From positions 32,001 to 96,000 of IMG/VR virus record IMGVR_UViG_3300032334_001937: a stretch of 64,000 nt of DNA; one strand, written 5' to 3'. The position numbers and the translations under genes are program-made. The notes below the pieces were generated by a model. The model ran no database searches, had not been told where the DNA came from, and saw only the letters and a list, made by a program, of their open reading frames with translations. Positions 9,596 through 18,628 of the stretch are shown here, piece after piece. Origin of the DNA: a virus. How positions within the stretch are numbered: position 1 is the first letter of the stretch; every line of letters starts with the position of its first letter.

Positions 9596-10815
9596 TACTT
9601 ATCCTCAAAATCCTTGTAGCGATAATAACCTTTATCAAAGTCGCACTGAACCAAGAAATCACCCATAAAACCATTACGGTTCTTTCTAAAAGCACACTCA
9701 ATAATATCGCTATTAGTTCCACGACCAAGGGCTAATACCCAGTCAGCATCATATGCAATCTGTCTAGACCATGCGGTTTGTGCAAGTGTTGGCACTGTTG
9801 ATAAATCTTTCACATCATCAGGTGTAGCAGATGAGATAGCAATAATCGGTACTTCTTCACTAATAGCCATGAGCTTAAGTTCACGAGAAAGATTTTTCAT
9901 CTTTACCGTTTCATTATCAGCCTTTTGATTTGGATTCATCAACTGAAGATAATCCACAACAACAAAGTCTGGTTTGTACTGATCCAGTTTTCCACGAATA
10001 ACTGAAGGAGTTACTTCTCCACCAGAATCATTAGAAATAATGTGAAAAGGTGGGCGACCATCAATTCTATCTGTATGCCACTTTTTCATCATATCAAGTT
10101 CAACTTCACCATTTGATAATTTGCGATGTGACCAAAGACCTTCACCCATAATAGTAAATACACGGTTGCGAACTTCTGTCTCACTCATTTCAAGAGAGAT
10201 AATAAGGGGTGTCTTACCCTGTTTCCAAGCCTGTACAGCAAAGTATAAAGCCATCCATGACTTTCCGATACCTGGGTATGCTAAAAAGACTCCTAGCTGT
10301 CCTGGCATAATTCCAGATGGTAGGTAGTTATCAAACCCTGGCAAACCTGTTTTAATTCCTCTATGACCTAAAGCCTGCTGCTCTTTAACATTTTCAAAAT
10401 ATGCAATAGCAGAATCAATATCTGTGGCATCAATATCACGAATTGCTGAAGTGTTTTTCTTTAACTGCGAAGTCTTTGTAATGAGCTCTTCAAGAGCCAT
10501 TGATCCTTGACCATTTTGAACTTCACCTGCTGCAGATCGTAAAATGTCTTTAAGGCTATCGTTTAAGTATTCTATTTGAAGTTCTTCAAGGTGATGCTTA
10601 GTTGCACCAATTCCTTGTACTGGTTGAAAATCTCTAAACTTTTCTACAACCAATGATGTTGGAGGAACTGTTCCATTATTTTCAGCATAAAGCCTAATAA
10701 AGTTCCATACATCATTGTGTGTACGAAGCAGTGTCTCTACATTTGCTTGTAGCAAAACGTGAAGTTGTTTATCTGCTAGGACTGCGGAGATTACTTTTGC
10801 TTCTGTATTATTCAC
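9595..10815 (-). CDS. dnaB: replicative DNA helicase
   Basis: AYPGIGKS Walker A, SLEMS, VVVDYLQLM, QIAYDADWV, KNRNG. Confidence 0.92.
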   Translation of the reverse strand: MNNTEAKVISAVLADKQLHVLLQANVETLLRTHNDVWNFIRLYAENNGTVPPTSLVVEKFRDFQPVQGIGATKHHLEELQIEYLNDSLKDILRSAAGEVQNGQGSMALEELITKTSQLKKNTSAIRDIDATDIDSAIAYFENVKEQQALGHRGIKTGLPGFDNYLPSGIMPGQLGVFLAYPGIGKSWMALYFAVQAWKQGKTPLIISLEMSETEVRNRVFTIMGEGLWSHRKLSNGEVELDMMKKWHTDRIDGRPPFHIISNDSGGEVTPSVIRGKLDQYKPDFVVVDYLQLMNPNQKADNETVKMKNLSRELKLMAISEEVPIIAISSATPDDVKDLSTVPTLAQTAWSRQIAYDADWVLALGRGTNSDIIECAFRKNRNGFMGDFLVQCDFDKGYYRYKDFEDK

Positions 10816-11116
10816 TCAGCCACTCCTTTGCTTTCCTTCTTAGTTCTGCTCTTTGTTTGATATCTTCTTCTACTTCTAGTTTACCATTAAGAATTTTTTC
10901 TGCATTGTAAGCAAAATAATTCCATGTGGGATCTTGTGCAACATTAAAATAATACTCTAACAAGTCATAGCATTGTGAAATGCCATATGATTCTACAAGA
11001 GCATCTGCTGCCCACTGTTCAACATTTAAATTCATATTAGACTTACGCTCATAGCGTTGTGTATAAAATTTGTTGAATCTACTGAGCAAAGCCATTCGGT
11101 CTTTGCGGTCAGCCAT
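10808..11116 (-). CDS. hypothetical protein (possible helicase loader/initiator partner)
   Basis: 102-aa ORF translationally coupled to dnaB; function inferred from position only. Confidence 0.5.
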   Translation of the reverse strand: MADRKDRMALLSRFNKFYTQRYERKSNMNLNVEQWAADALVESYGISQCYDLLEYYFNVAQDPTWNYFAYNAEKILNGKLEVEEDIKQRAELRRKAKEWLSE

Positions 11117-11325
11117 TAGCCTTCAGAAGCCTCTTCTTGTGCTTCCTTAATCTTCTCTGTAAGCTTATCTTCTACAAACTTATAGACACGATCAAAAGCT
11201 TGTTCAATGTTTTCTCCATCACGCTTGCTATCAATAACACCCAAATCAAGTCTTAGTGACTGGAAATTTCCCAGATTAAGAGTATATCCAAGTGTTACGT
11301 TTACCTTTGTTGAATCGTTTTCCAT
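11116..11325 (-). CDS. hypothetical phage protein
   Basis: TLNLGNFQSLRLD motif familiar from actinophage small proteins. Confidence 0.55.
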   Translation of the reverse strand: MENDSTKVNVTLGYTLNLGNFQSLRLDLGVIDSKRDGENIEQAFDRVYKFVEDKLTEKIKEAQEEASEG

Positions 11326-11343
11326 TACCCACCCATTCCTATT

Positions 11344-11886
11344 TTAAATGCTCTCTGACCAAGTTGGAATAAATCTTCCATCTTCTGTCTTCGTATATGT
11401 AAGTATACCGTCTCCCATTCGCCTTGTCAATTCTTGACTAGTAGGAGTCATGTTATTTGTTATTAATTTATCTTTTCTTGGTTGACCAATATGTATACTT
11501 GCAAGTATAGCACGTATCTCTTTTACTTGTGATTCTGAGTAATATGCTCTTACTTGCCATCCTGGTTCCCCGCCTTTTCTTGAACCTGTTGGTCCAGGAA
11601 TAGTTCCGTTTTTAATTAATCTTGGTAAATACTTTCTATGTCTATTGACAAGAATTGCAGTTTCTGTTATAGTGTAGGCTCTTTCACGATTACGTCTAAA
11701 GTCAGTACGCAAACAAGTTTCAAGTCTATCTTTTGTGATATTATAAAAAGAAGTCATTCCAGTTGATCTAGAGTTATGATGAACCCTAACTAGATCACCA
11801 TTTAAAAACCAAACCTTTTGGTTTCCTTTTATTACAGACTCGTTATTGTACTCTTCGCTCTGTATTTTTCGTTTAGCAGTAGCCAT
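11344..11886 (-). CDS. MerR/excisionase-like HTH DNA-binding protein
   Basis: YTITETAILVNRHRKYLPRLIKNGTIP...RAYYSESQV winged-HTH pattern. Confidence 0.6.
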   Translation of the reverse strand: MATAKRKIQSEEYNNESVIKGNQKVWFLNGDLVRVHHNSRSTGMTSFYNITKDRLETCLRTDFRRNRERAYTITETAILVNRHRKYLPRLIKNGTIPGPTGSRKGGEPGWQVRAYYSESQVKEIRAILASIHIGQPRKDKLITNNMTPTSQELTRRMGDGILTYTKTEDGRFIPTWSESI

Positions 11887-12023
11887 CTGCCCTCCCTACT
11901 TTCTTGCGGGGGATGATAAAATTTTCTCTCACCACAGCGCACACAGTAGGTCTCAATATGCATTTGAGAAGTATATTGTCTATCAATAAAAATTCTACCA
12001 GTGCATCGTTTACAGGTTAACAT
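11832..12023 (-). CDS. small zinc-ribbon protein
   Basis: CKRC...CVRCG. Confidence 0.55.
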   Translation of the reverse strand: MLTCKRCTGRIFIDRQYTSQMHIETYCVRCGERKFYHPPQESREGRWLLLNEKYRAKSTITSL

Positions 12024-12025
12024 TT

Positions 12026-12208
12026 TTAATCTTCTAAACTAGCCGAATATTCTTGAATTGCTTTTTCTTTTTCTTCTTTTTCCTGTGATAACTGTGTTAG
12101 GTCTGCCCTAAGAATAGCAATTTGTGTTTCATAGTTTGAAACAATTTCGCCAATTCGTTGCTGCAAAGCTGTAATTACTAGGTCTGCTTTATCCATTATC
12201 TTCTCCAT
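12026..12208 (-). CDS. small coiled-coil protein
   Basis: Heptad-rich 60-aa ORF. Confidence 0.55.
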   Translation of the reverse strand: MEKIMDKADLVITALQQRIGEIVSNYETQIAILRADLTQLSQEKEEKEKAIQEYSASLED

Positions 12209-12419
12209 TTAAAGTATTAATTTCTTGATTTAGTACCTTTTGTTTATCATTGATAGAATCTATTTGCATTTCAATATCCTTTATATTTCCTGGATTTGTT
12301 ACACTTCCTGATCCCATCTCTAATAAAGAAATTTTTAGGTTATACTTGCTATATTCTAAATTTTTTAAATGCTGATTAATAATTGATATTTTTTCATCAT
12401 TTGTTAATTCATACGCCAT
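12189..12419 (-). CDS. small coiled-coil protein
   Basis: 76-aa ORF with an AGGAG SD and its own extended -10 at 12435-12443. Confidence 0.6.
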   Translation of the reverse strand: MAYELTNDEKISIINQHLKNLEYSKYNLKISLLEMGSGSVTNPGNIKDIEMQIDSINDKQKVLNQEINTLNGEDNG

Positions 12420-12446
12420 AGCTTCTCCTTATTAAGTATATCATAA

Positions 12447-12662
12447 TTACCATTTACCTAGAGGGCATTGTGCATTATTTAACTTTGTTTTAATAAACAT
12501 AAAACAACCACATTGTTTGCATTGTCTACTAAGATTAATAAACTCTGGACAAGATTCACATATATTATATCTTTTTTCTGCAACTTCATGTACAGCATAT
12601 TGTGTATTAGGGTTTAATATATCCCATGGTTTTACACTTTTTTCTTCCATAAATTCCCCCAC
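12447..12662 (-). CDS. six-Cys small protein (DUF6171-like)
   Basis: RYNICESCPEF...CKQCGCFM..KTKL..AQCPLGKW; paralog at 62391..62588. Confidence 0.65.
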   Translation of the reverse strand: MGEFMEEKSVKPWDILNPNTQYAVHEVAEKRYNICESCPEFINLSRQCKQCGCFMFIKTKLNNAQCPLGKW

Positions 12663-12700
12663 AATTAATTTTATACTATCTATTCTATCATAGATACTTT

Positions 12701-12852
12701 TTAGAATCTTGTATCTCTGAAGTACGGTGGTACAAAGTAAGGAGGTGTAACAAAGTCTGGAGGTACAACAAAGTATGGTGGCACAAAGTACGGTGGTACA
12801 AAGTAAGGGAAGTACGGACCGAAGCTTGGTGGGAAGAACGGGAAGAACGGTG
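12701..12852 (-). repeat. Pro/Phe/Tyr coding repeat, copy 1
   Basis: 12786-12852 matches 51847-51913 at 66/67 nt; 12701-12742 matches 51828-51869 at 39/42 nt. Confidence 0.9.
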
Positions 12853-14758
12853 TAACTGCACTACCGCAGCAACTCCATCCATTTGGAACATCAGTATATA
12901 TGTCAGATCCTCCAAGGCGTGTAAGTCCAAGTTCAGAGCATGTAGCATTTGTAGGATTTGTAATTGTTCCTGGGCAAGGGTTTGGTGTAGTAAAAGTTGG
13001 TGGAATTACAAATGTTGGCGGAATAACAAAAGTTGGTGGTGTTGAACCAAATGTTGGCGGAGTTGCTGGAATATAAGAAGTAATGGTTCCTGATGAATAT
13101 TGGCTTCCAGCTCCATATTGATTAGTTCCTTTAGCATAACCAATAAAAATATATGGTGGTGGTGTTGCATCATTTGTAGTTACTGTATAAGAAAGAGTAT
13201 TTGATGCTCCTGAACTTACTGCCTTTAAAACAGTATAAGTTCCCATAGTTGTTCCAGCGTAAATAGAAAGATCGTATGTTGTTACTGGACCTCCAAAATA
13301 TTCTGTAGCTGTCAAAGTAATTGCTGATCCTGCTGCACCAGTTCCACTAAGCACTGGAACCATTATAGGAAGTGAAGGTGGTGCATATTCATAATCATCA
13401 GCATAATATGTGGCTGACCAACCATATGAATTGTATGCAGTAATTTTATAAGTAGCAATATCTCCAGCTACATATGATGGAGACCAAGAGTCTGTTGTTG
13501 AACTTGTAGTATGAGTTACACTAGATTTATATGCCATGCTTTCATTGTATAAAGTCCACTCATATTTATATTGAGTTGGAGAATTTCCCCAGGATCCAGC
13601 ATAGGCAGTTAATGTTCCACCAGAATTTGTAATTTCTTCTTTTGTGCCTGTTGTGTATGGACGCAAATAACTAACTGGAGTTACCCCAACAGTATAAAAA
13701 TCAAAAGAATAAGAGGGAACTGTTTGTGAGGACATTGTGCTTGATTTAGTATCTGATCCTCCTGATAAACCACTTGTTGTATTATATGGTGTAACTGTTA
13801 CGCTTATTGTGTCTCCTGTATTTACTGAGCCTAAAGATATAGAAGTTCCTGTAGTTGTTGTATTTTGAGCTGTTCCACCATTAATAGAATAACTAATTTT
13901 ATATTGGTTTGCATTTGTTGAAGCGCTCCATTGAACTAAAAATGATCCACCAGTTCCAGCATACCCATATACACTTGCGTGTCCAGTTACATAAACTGTA
14001 CTTGAATAATCAATACTTGCAGTAACAGATCCAGCACTTGTATAAGTTTGCGGTGATGTTGGAGAAGTTGTATAATTTAATGTATTACTATCTGCCTCAA
14101 GCAACCATGAAATTACAATTGAAGAAACGTTTGTAAGATTTGACCAAGCCAAAGTAAATGTTCCTGCATTTGCTGACGATGAATATGTGCCTACGTTTGG
14201 AGAAAGCTGACCAGTTCCAGAAGGTATTGGAGTTACGATTAAACCAGTCAGATCTGATGGTGTGCCAATACTAATTGGCAATCCATTACTATCTTCTGTA
14301 GTAGATTCACCATTAATATTTGCTGTTGCTGTTACAGAAAATCTATAATATTGTGTTGTTGCAATAAAATCTGATTCATAAATAGTTAATGTTTTAGTTT
14401 GTCCATTTGATATAGATGCAGAAGTTCCAATGTCTGTCCAATCTACTCCATCAGCTGATATCTGAAAAATATAGGTTTGACTAATTGTTCCTCCACCAGA
14501 ATAAGTCCAGGTTCCGTTTGTTCCAGTCAAAACAAGCCTTTGAATATTTGATACAGTTGTCCAAGGTCCAGCACTGATGGTTGGTACTGTATTAATTTGT
14601 GGACCAGATCCTCCAGACTTTGGCCAAAATGCTCTCCATCCAGAATTTCCTTTTACAAATGCTTTTGTTACAGCATGCCAAGATCCATCAGAACCTTTAA
14701 CAAAAAACTTGGAAACTTTACTCCAAGAACCACCTGCTCCCTTTACAAAATACCCCAT
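12701..14758 (-). CDS. Ig/FN3-like virion accessory fibre protein with C-terminal Pro/Phe/Tyr repeat tag
   Basis: N-terminal triple FVKG..G.W repeat, Thr/Ser/Gly-rich beta domains, PPTF repeats, small Cys motif, tail PFFPFFPPSFGPYFPYFVPPYF...RDTRF; last gene of the tail operon. Confidence 0.7.
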   Translation of the reverse strand: MGYFVKGAGGSWSKVSKFFVKGSDGSWHAVTKAFVKGNSGWRAFWPKSGGSGPQINTVPTISAGPWTTVSNIQRLVLTGTNGTWTYSGGGTISQTYIFQISADGVDWTDIGTSASISNGQTKTLTIYESDFIATTQYYRFSVTATANINGESTTEDSNGLPISIGTPSDLTGLIVTPIPSGTGQLSPNVGTYSSSANAGTFTLAWSNLTNVSSIVISWLLEADSNTLNYTTSPTSPQTYTSAGSVTASIDYSSTVYVTGHASVYGYAGTGGSFLVQWSASTNANQYKISYSINGGTAQNTTTTGTSISLGSVNTGDTISVTVTPYNTTSGLSGGSDTKSSTMSSQTVPSYSFDFYTVGVTPVSYLRPYTTGTKEEITNSGGTLTAYAGSWGNSPTQYKYEWTLYNESMAYKSSVTHTTSSTTDSWSPSYVAGDIATYKITAYNSYGWSATYYADDYEYAPPSLPIMVPVLSGTGAAGSAITLTATEYFGGPVTTYDLSIYAGTTMGTYTVLKAVSSGASNTLSYTVTTNDATPPPYIFIGYAKGTNQYGAGSQYSSGTITSYIPATPPTFGSTPPTFVIPPTFVIPPTFTTPNPCPGTITNPTNATCSELGLTRLGGSDIYTDVPNGWSCCGSAVTPFFPFFPPSFGPYFPYFVPPYFVPPYFVVPPDFVTPPYFVPPYFRDTRF

Positions 14759-17700
14759 TTAGTACACCACAAATAGATCCCCAATAACACCAGTATTACT
14801 TGTTGGTGTTCCAGTACCGATAGGGTCAGTAGTTCTTCCATAATAAACCGCCATACCTCTTAAAAGTTCTCCAGTGTATTCACTTTGAACAACTGTTCTC
14901 TGTCTTCCATAAGGACCAAGTGGAGATAAGTCTTCTCCTCCAGATTCTATTCTTCCATCACCAAGTCTATAGTTAGTTGATGGATTTTTTCTATATGCAA
15001 TATCTGCATTACCTTGAAAGTTAATTCCATAAATTTGTACGCCAGTACTAGATAAAATAATTGTAGATGCAGAATCATATGGAGAATCGTTTTGATCTGC
15101 AAGAGTTGATGCTTGTAGTTTAACGCTACCATTATTGACTGTAATTGCACCTACTGCATCATTTGGTCCTGATGTAATAATAATTCCTGGTTTATTTCCA
15201 GTTATTGGCTCTAGGCTAATAGCAACACTTTCAGACGCTTTAATTTGAATACCTGTAGATGTTGCAGACAAGAAAGGTTTTGTTTCTGAACCAGTATAAG
15301 TTCCAGTAAATATTCCAATACCACTCTTTGTTGCCTCATATCTATCTTTAAACCCTGATCCTGCTGAAAGATAAGGTGCATTTGTTGGACCAGAAGATGC
15401 TATCTCTTTGCCTGTTGACCAAGGCTCCGTTGCACTTGGAGCTGTTAAATAAATGTTTCCATTTCTTGGAACTAAATAAGAAACAGCACTATTACCTGCA
15501 GTAGAAAGAGACATGTATCCATGCTCTCCATTCATACTCATTGTTCCTAATGCTCCTACGCTTGATACGGTACCTGCAATAGTTGCATTAGTTGCGTATA
15601 GTGCTCCACCTAAAGTTACTCTAAATGGGTTTGATGTAGAGGTTGGTCCATAAGTACCCGCCCAAAATACGTTATCTGTTGTTGAATTTCCTGGACTATT
15701 AATACCAGCCTTTGAATCAGAAACCAGTGGGTGAGACACTGCGATAAAGCCATTGGTTGAGTCAATTTCAATATTACCTTTACCAGAAATTGAAGTCTTA
15801 TAAATCCTATTACTATCAACTGTCCAACCGCCTATATCAGCAGCGTTTGTAGTAAAGATGGCACCATTGGCCAAAGGAGTTGTCAACATGGCTGTATAGC
15901 CACCTGAAGCGTTGTGGGCTGCTATTCCTGATGAGTTAAAGACAGTCCTTATACCGCTGCTTACTGTACCTCCAGATCCAAGGGCATATAATGATCCACC
16001 ATTTAGTTTGACATTTCCAGTAAATTCACCACCAGTTGCATATAGTGTTCCAGTTAGTGTTGCACCTGTAGCAGTTAGTGTTCCATCATTTTTAACTGCA
16101 AATAATCCACCAGCACTAATTAGGTTGCTAGAAGGATCACCATTACCTATGATGGTAATTTCTCTTGCTGTTACTTCACCTGTTGGAGTTACTGTAAATT
16201 TTGCAGATGAGTTACCACCGCTTGTAGAACTTCCTGCCCAAAACGAATATGTGCCAGATGCTGAAAGTCCTGTATATTTTGTTGGTGGTCCTGATAAATC
16301 ATTTTCAATTTTATATTCAGAAATTTTCCAGTCAGCTATCTGTGCTTGCTTTGTAATAAATGTTGGTGTTCCAGCTGATGCATCTGAAACAATCTGTGTT
16401 GATGGTGAAGTATTGGTTGCGTCATATGCAAAAATACCAGAGCTTTTAAATATAGTTCTTTTTCCTGATGTTGCACTATTACCTGCGTAAATAACTCCAT
16501 TAGCACCAAATGTAATTGGACTTTCAAAAGATGTAATCTGTGCTGGGTCAAGTGGTGTTGTTGTTCCTTCTGCAGAATAATTTGATGTGTTACCAAAGTC
16601 ATCATAATATCTAATTTTAATATATACAGTTGTGTAGTCAGTATCTGTAATAACTGCAGGACTTAATCCAGCATAAACTACATAGGTATCGTCTGTTGGG
16701 TCTCCAGACCAAGCTGTATGCTTTGCATATACCTCTGCAAAAACAGCACCTGTTGGCAATGTAAAGTTAACTGAATAAGCATTAGATAAAGGAACTGTTG
16801 TAAATGTTGGAGTAACCCCTGAGAGCGGATTTGATCTTGCTGCTACGTTAAATGAAACTCCAGAAGACTTATTGTCATTTATATCAATACTTTTTAATAG
16901 TCCAGAGAAAGAACTGTAGTGCTCTCCAAATTGATCAAATAAATCTTTTTTGGTGATGATTGTTGTCTGGCTTGTTCCACCTCCAGTTGGGAAGCGATAA
17001 AAATATCCTACTAAGTTATTTGGTGCAGTTAATTGTATCTGAACTCTTACCGCAGCATCTGAAGATGGAAGTGTGTAAGCAACCACAACATCGTCATTTA
17101 CCCAAGATCCAGATACTGAAGCAACTTCACTTGGTGGTGTATTGTCAACTGATACTGGACTGGTTGGAGTAACAGCAGCAGCTGTAGAATAGGCTGTTGT
17201 TAGTCCACCATCTGAAGTAAATCTTGCTTTTACCCAACGCTTATTAAAGTTATGGGCAATAATATTAGCTGGATTAACTGTTCCTAAATAAGCTCTTGAA
17301 TATGTTACACCTGTTGGTTCTGTAGAGCTTGTTGATTCGTACTCAACAATTTCAATTGAGTTATAGGCACTTTGGGTTGGAGTAGTGTATGCAACACTAT
17401 ACCCTGCATTAATTGCCGTTACAGTAATTACTGGAACTGGTAAATCTAAAACATAAGTCGGAATAGTTCCAGCACATATTGTTTGGCTAATATTATTTAG
17501 GGGATCTGCAACAAGAACACATATTCCTGTTATTGCTGCTCTAAATATTCCAAATGTTTGAACATTTAATGTTTTTGTTAGGGTAACGGTTTGTGCTGTT
17601 TGTGTTTTATTTGCAGGGAATGTATTAAGAGCTGTGCGTTTTGTAATGCCATCTGCCGTTAATTCAAGAATAAATTGAGAAACTGTGCTATTAAGTTTGT

Positions 17701-18073
17701 TGGTGTAGTCCCAATTAAACTGTACAACTAAATCTTCTCCAACCCAACTAGCGGTTACATTGGTTGGGTCTGTTGGAATAATTACTACTGGGCCTTGTCC
17801 AGGATAAATAGATTCGGGCATTCCGTTAATTGGTGGAAGGTATGTATCTTTTGTATTATCTTTACTCTTACTTACATTTGATCCTGATTGATTCCCTGGA
17901 GTTGTTCCGCCAGCAACTAAAGATTTTCCATCAAGACCAACAATATCAATTTCTGCACCTTGACGTGATTTTGTTTGATTTATTTTATCCCAAGCAACTC
18001 TTGGATCATCTGCACTGATTGGGACTGTTGGATTCTTTGCAACAGATTTGCTACTTTGATATTTTGATTTCAC
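14759..18073 (-). CDS. minor tail / tail fibre protein with FN3-like domains
   Basis: 1104 aa, FN3-like segments, repeated FWAG...F.VT..G and IGGW.V motifs typical of phage tail proteins. Confidence 0.7.
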   Translation of the reverse strand: MKSKYQSSKSVAKNPTVPISADDPRVAWDKINQTKSRQGAEIDIVGLDGKSLVAGGTTPGNQSGSNVSKSKDNTKDTYLPPINGMPESIYPGQGPVVIIPTDPTNVTASWVGEDLVVQFNWDYTNKLNSTVSQFILELTADGITKRTALNTFPANKTQTAQTVTLTKTLNVQTFGIFRAAITGICVLVADPLNNISQTICAGTIPTYVLDLPVPVITVTAINAGYSVAYTTPTQSAYNSIEIVEYESTSSTEPTGVTYSRAYLGTVNPANIIAHNFNKRWVKARFTSDGGLTTAYSTAAAVTPTSPVSVDNTPPSEVASVSGSWVNDDVVVAYTLPSSDAAVRVQIQLTAPNNLVGYFYRFPTGGGTSQTTIITKKDLFDQFGEHYSSFSGLLKSIDINDNKSSGVSFNVAARSNPLSGVTPTFTTVPLSNAYSVNFTLPTGAVFAEVYAKHTAWSGDPTDDTYVVYAGLSPAVITDTDYTTVYIKIRYYDDFGNTSNYSAEGTTTPLDPAQITSFESPITFGANGVIYAGNSATSGKRTIFKSSGIFAYDATNTSPSTQIVSDASAGTPTFITKQAQIADWKISEYKIENDLSGPPTKYTGLSASGTYSFWAGSSTSGGNSSAKFTVTPTGEVTAREITIIGNGDPSSNLISAGGLFAVKNDGTLTATGATLTGTLYATGGEFTGNVKLNGGSLYALGSGGTVSSGIRTVFNSSGIAAHNASGGYTAMLTTPLANGAIFTTNAADIGGWTVDSNRIYKTSISGKGNIEIDSTNGFIAVSHPLVSDSKAGINSPGNSTTDNVFWAGTYGPTSTSNPFRVTLGGALYATNATIAGTVSSVGALGTMSMNGEHGYMSLSTAGNSAVSYLVPRNGNIYLTAPSATEPWSTGKEIASSGPTNAPYLSAGSGFKDRYEATKSGIGIFTGTYTGSETKPFLSATSTGIQIKASESVAISLEPITGNKPGIIITSGPNDAVGAITVNNGSVKLQASTLADQNDSPYDSASTIILSSTGVQIYGINFQGNADIAYRKNPSTNYRLGDGRIESGGEDLSPLGPYGRQRTVVQSEYTGELLRGMAVYYGRTTDPIGTGTPTSNTGVIGDLFVVY

Positions 18074-18086
18074 TGTAGCGCCTTAA

Positions 18087-18593
18087 TTATTTTGGACCTA
18101 TTGCTTGCCAATTTAAATAACAGTGACCGCTTAAAGCAGATACTGGTAAAGCATCTCCTCTATTTATCCTATAACTAAACTTATCTCTTGTAACATTATA
18201 AACATTAACAACAATATTGTGATCTGTACTAACAACACTTGTAAATCCAAACTGAATAGTTGCAGTAACAATTGGAATTGAGCTAAAAGCTGTTGCCCCA
18301 GTTGCTTCATCTCCGTAATCAATATCACCGTAATATATGTTTGCAGTACTTAATGAAGCATTATCACCAGAAAAATCTATGCGAGTTCTTCCATAAAGAA
18401 TCTTTTCGGAGCCAGGGTTGTACTCATGACCAACTGCATCTTCTGTGTTCCAGTTAGGAGTACCCGTTCCAACAACCCCAAAATTATTTGTAATAGTATT
18501 AATACTGTCGCTGTGCTGATTAACAACATTAATAAGTTGATGCCAAGCAGCAAGGTCAATAATATTTGGATCTGATATTTTTACATATGGCAT
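18087..18593 (-). CDS. minor tail protein (H-type-lectin/gp53-like C terminus)
   Basis: AFSSIPIVTAT...LNWQAIG pattern; tail operon position. Confidence 0.55.
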   Translation of the reverse strand: MPYVKISDPNIIDLAAWHQLINVVNQHSDSINTITNNFGVVGTGTPNWNTEDAVGHEYNPGSEKILYGRTRIDFSGDNASLSTANIYYGDIDYGDEATGATAFSSIPIVTATIQFGFTSVVSTDHNIVVNVYNVTRDKFSYRINRGDALPVSALSGHCYLNWQAIGPK

Positions 18594-18628
18594 TCTGTTC
18601 TCCTATTTTATTAATTATACCACAGGGC

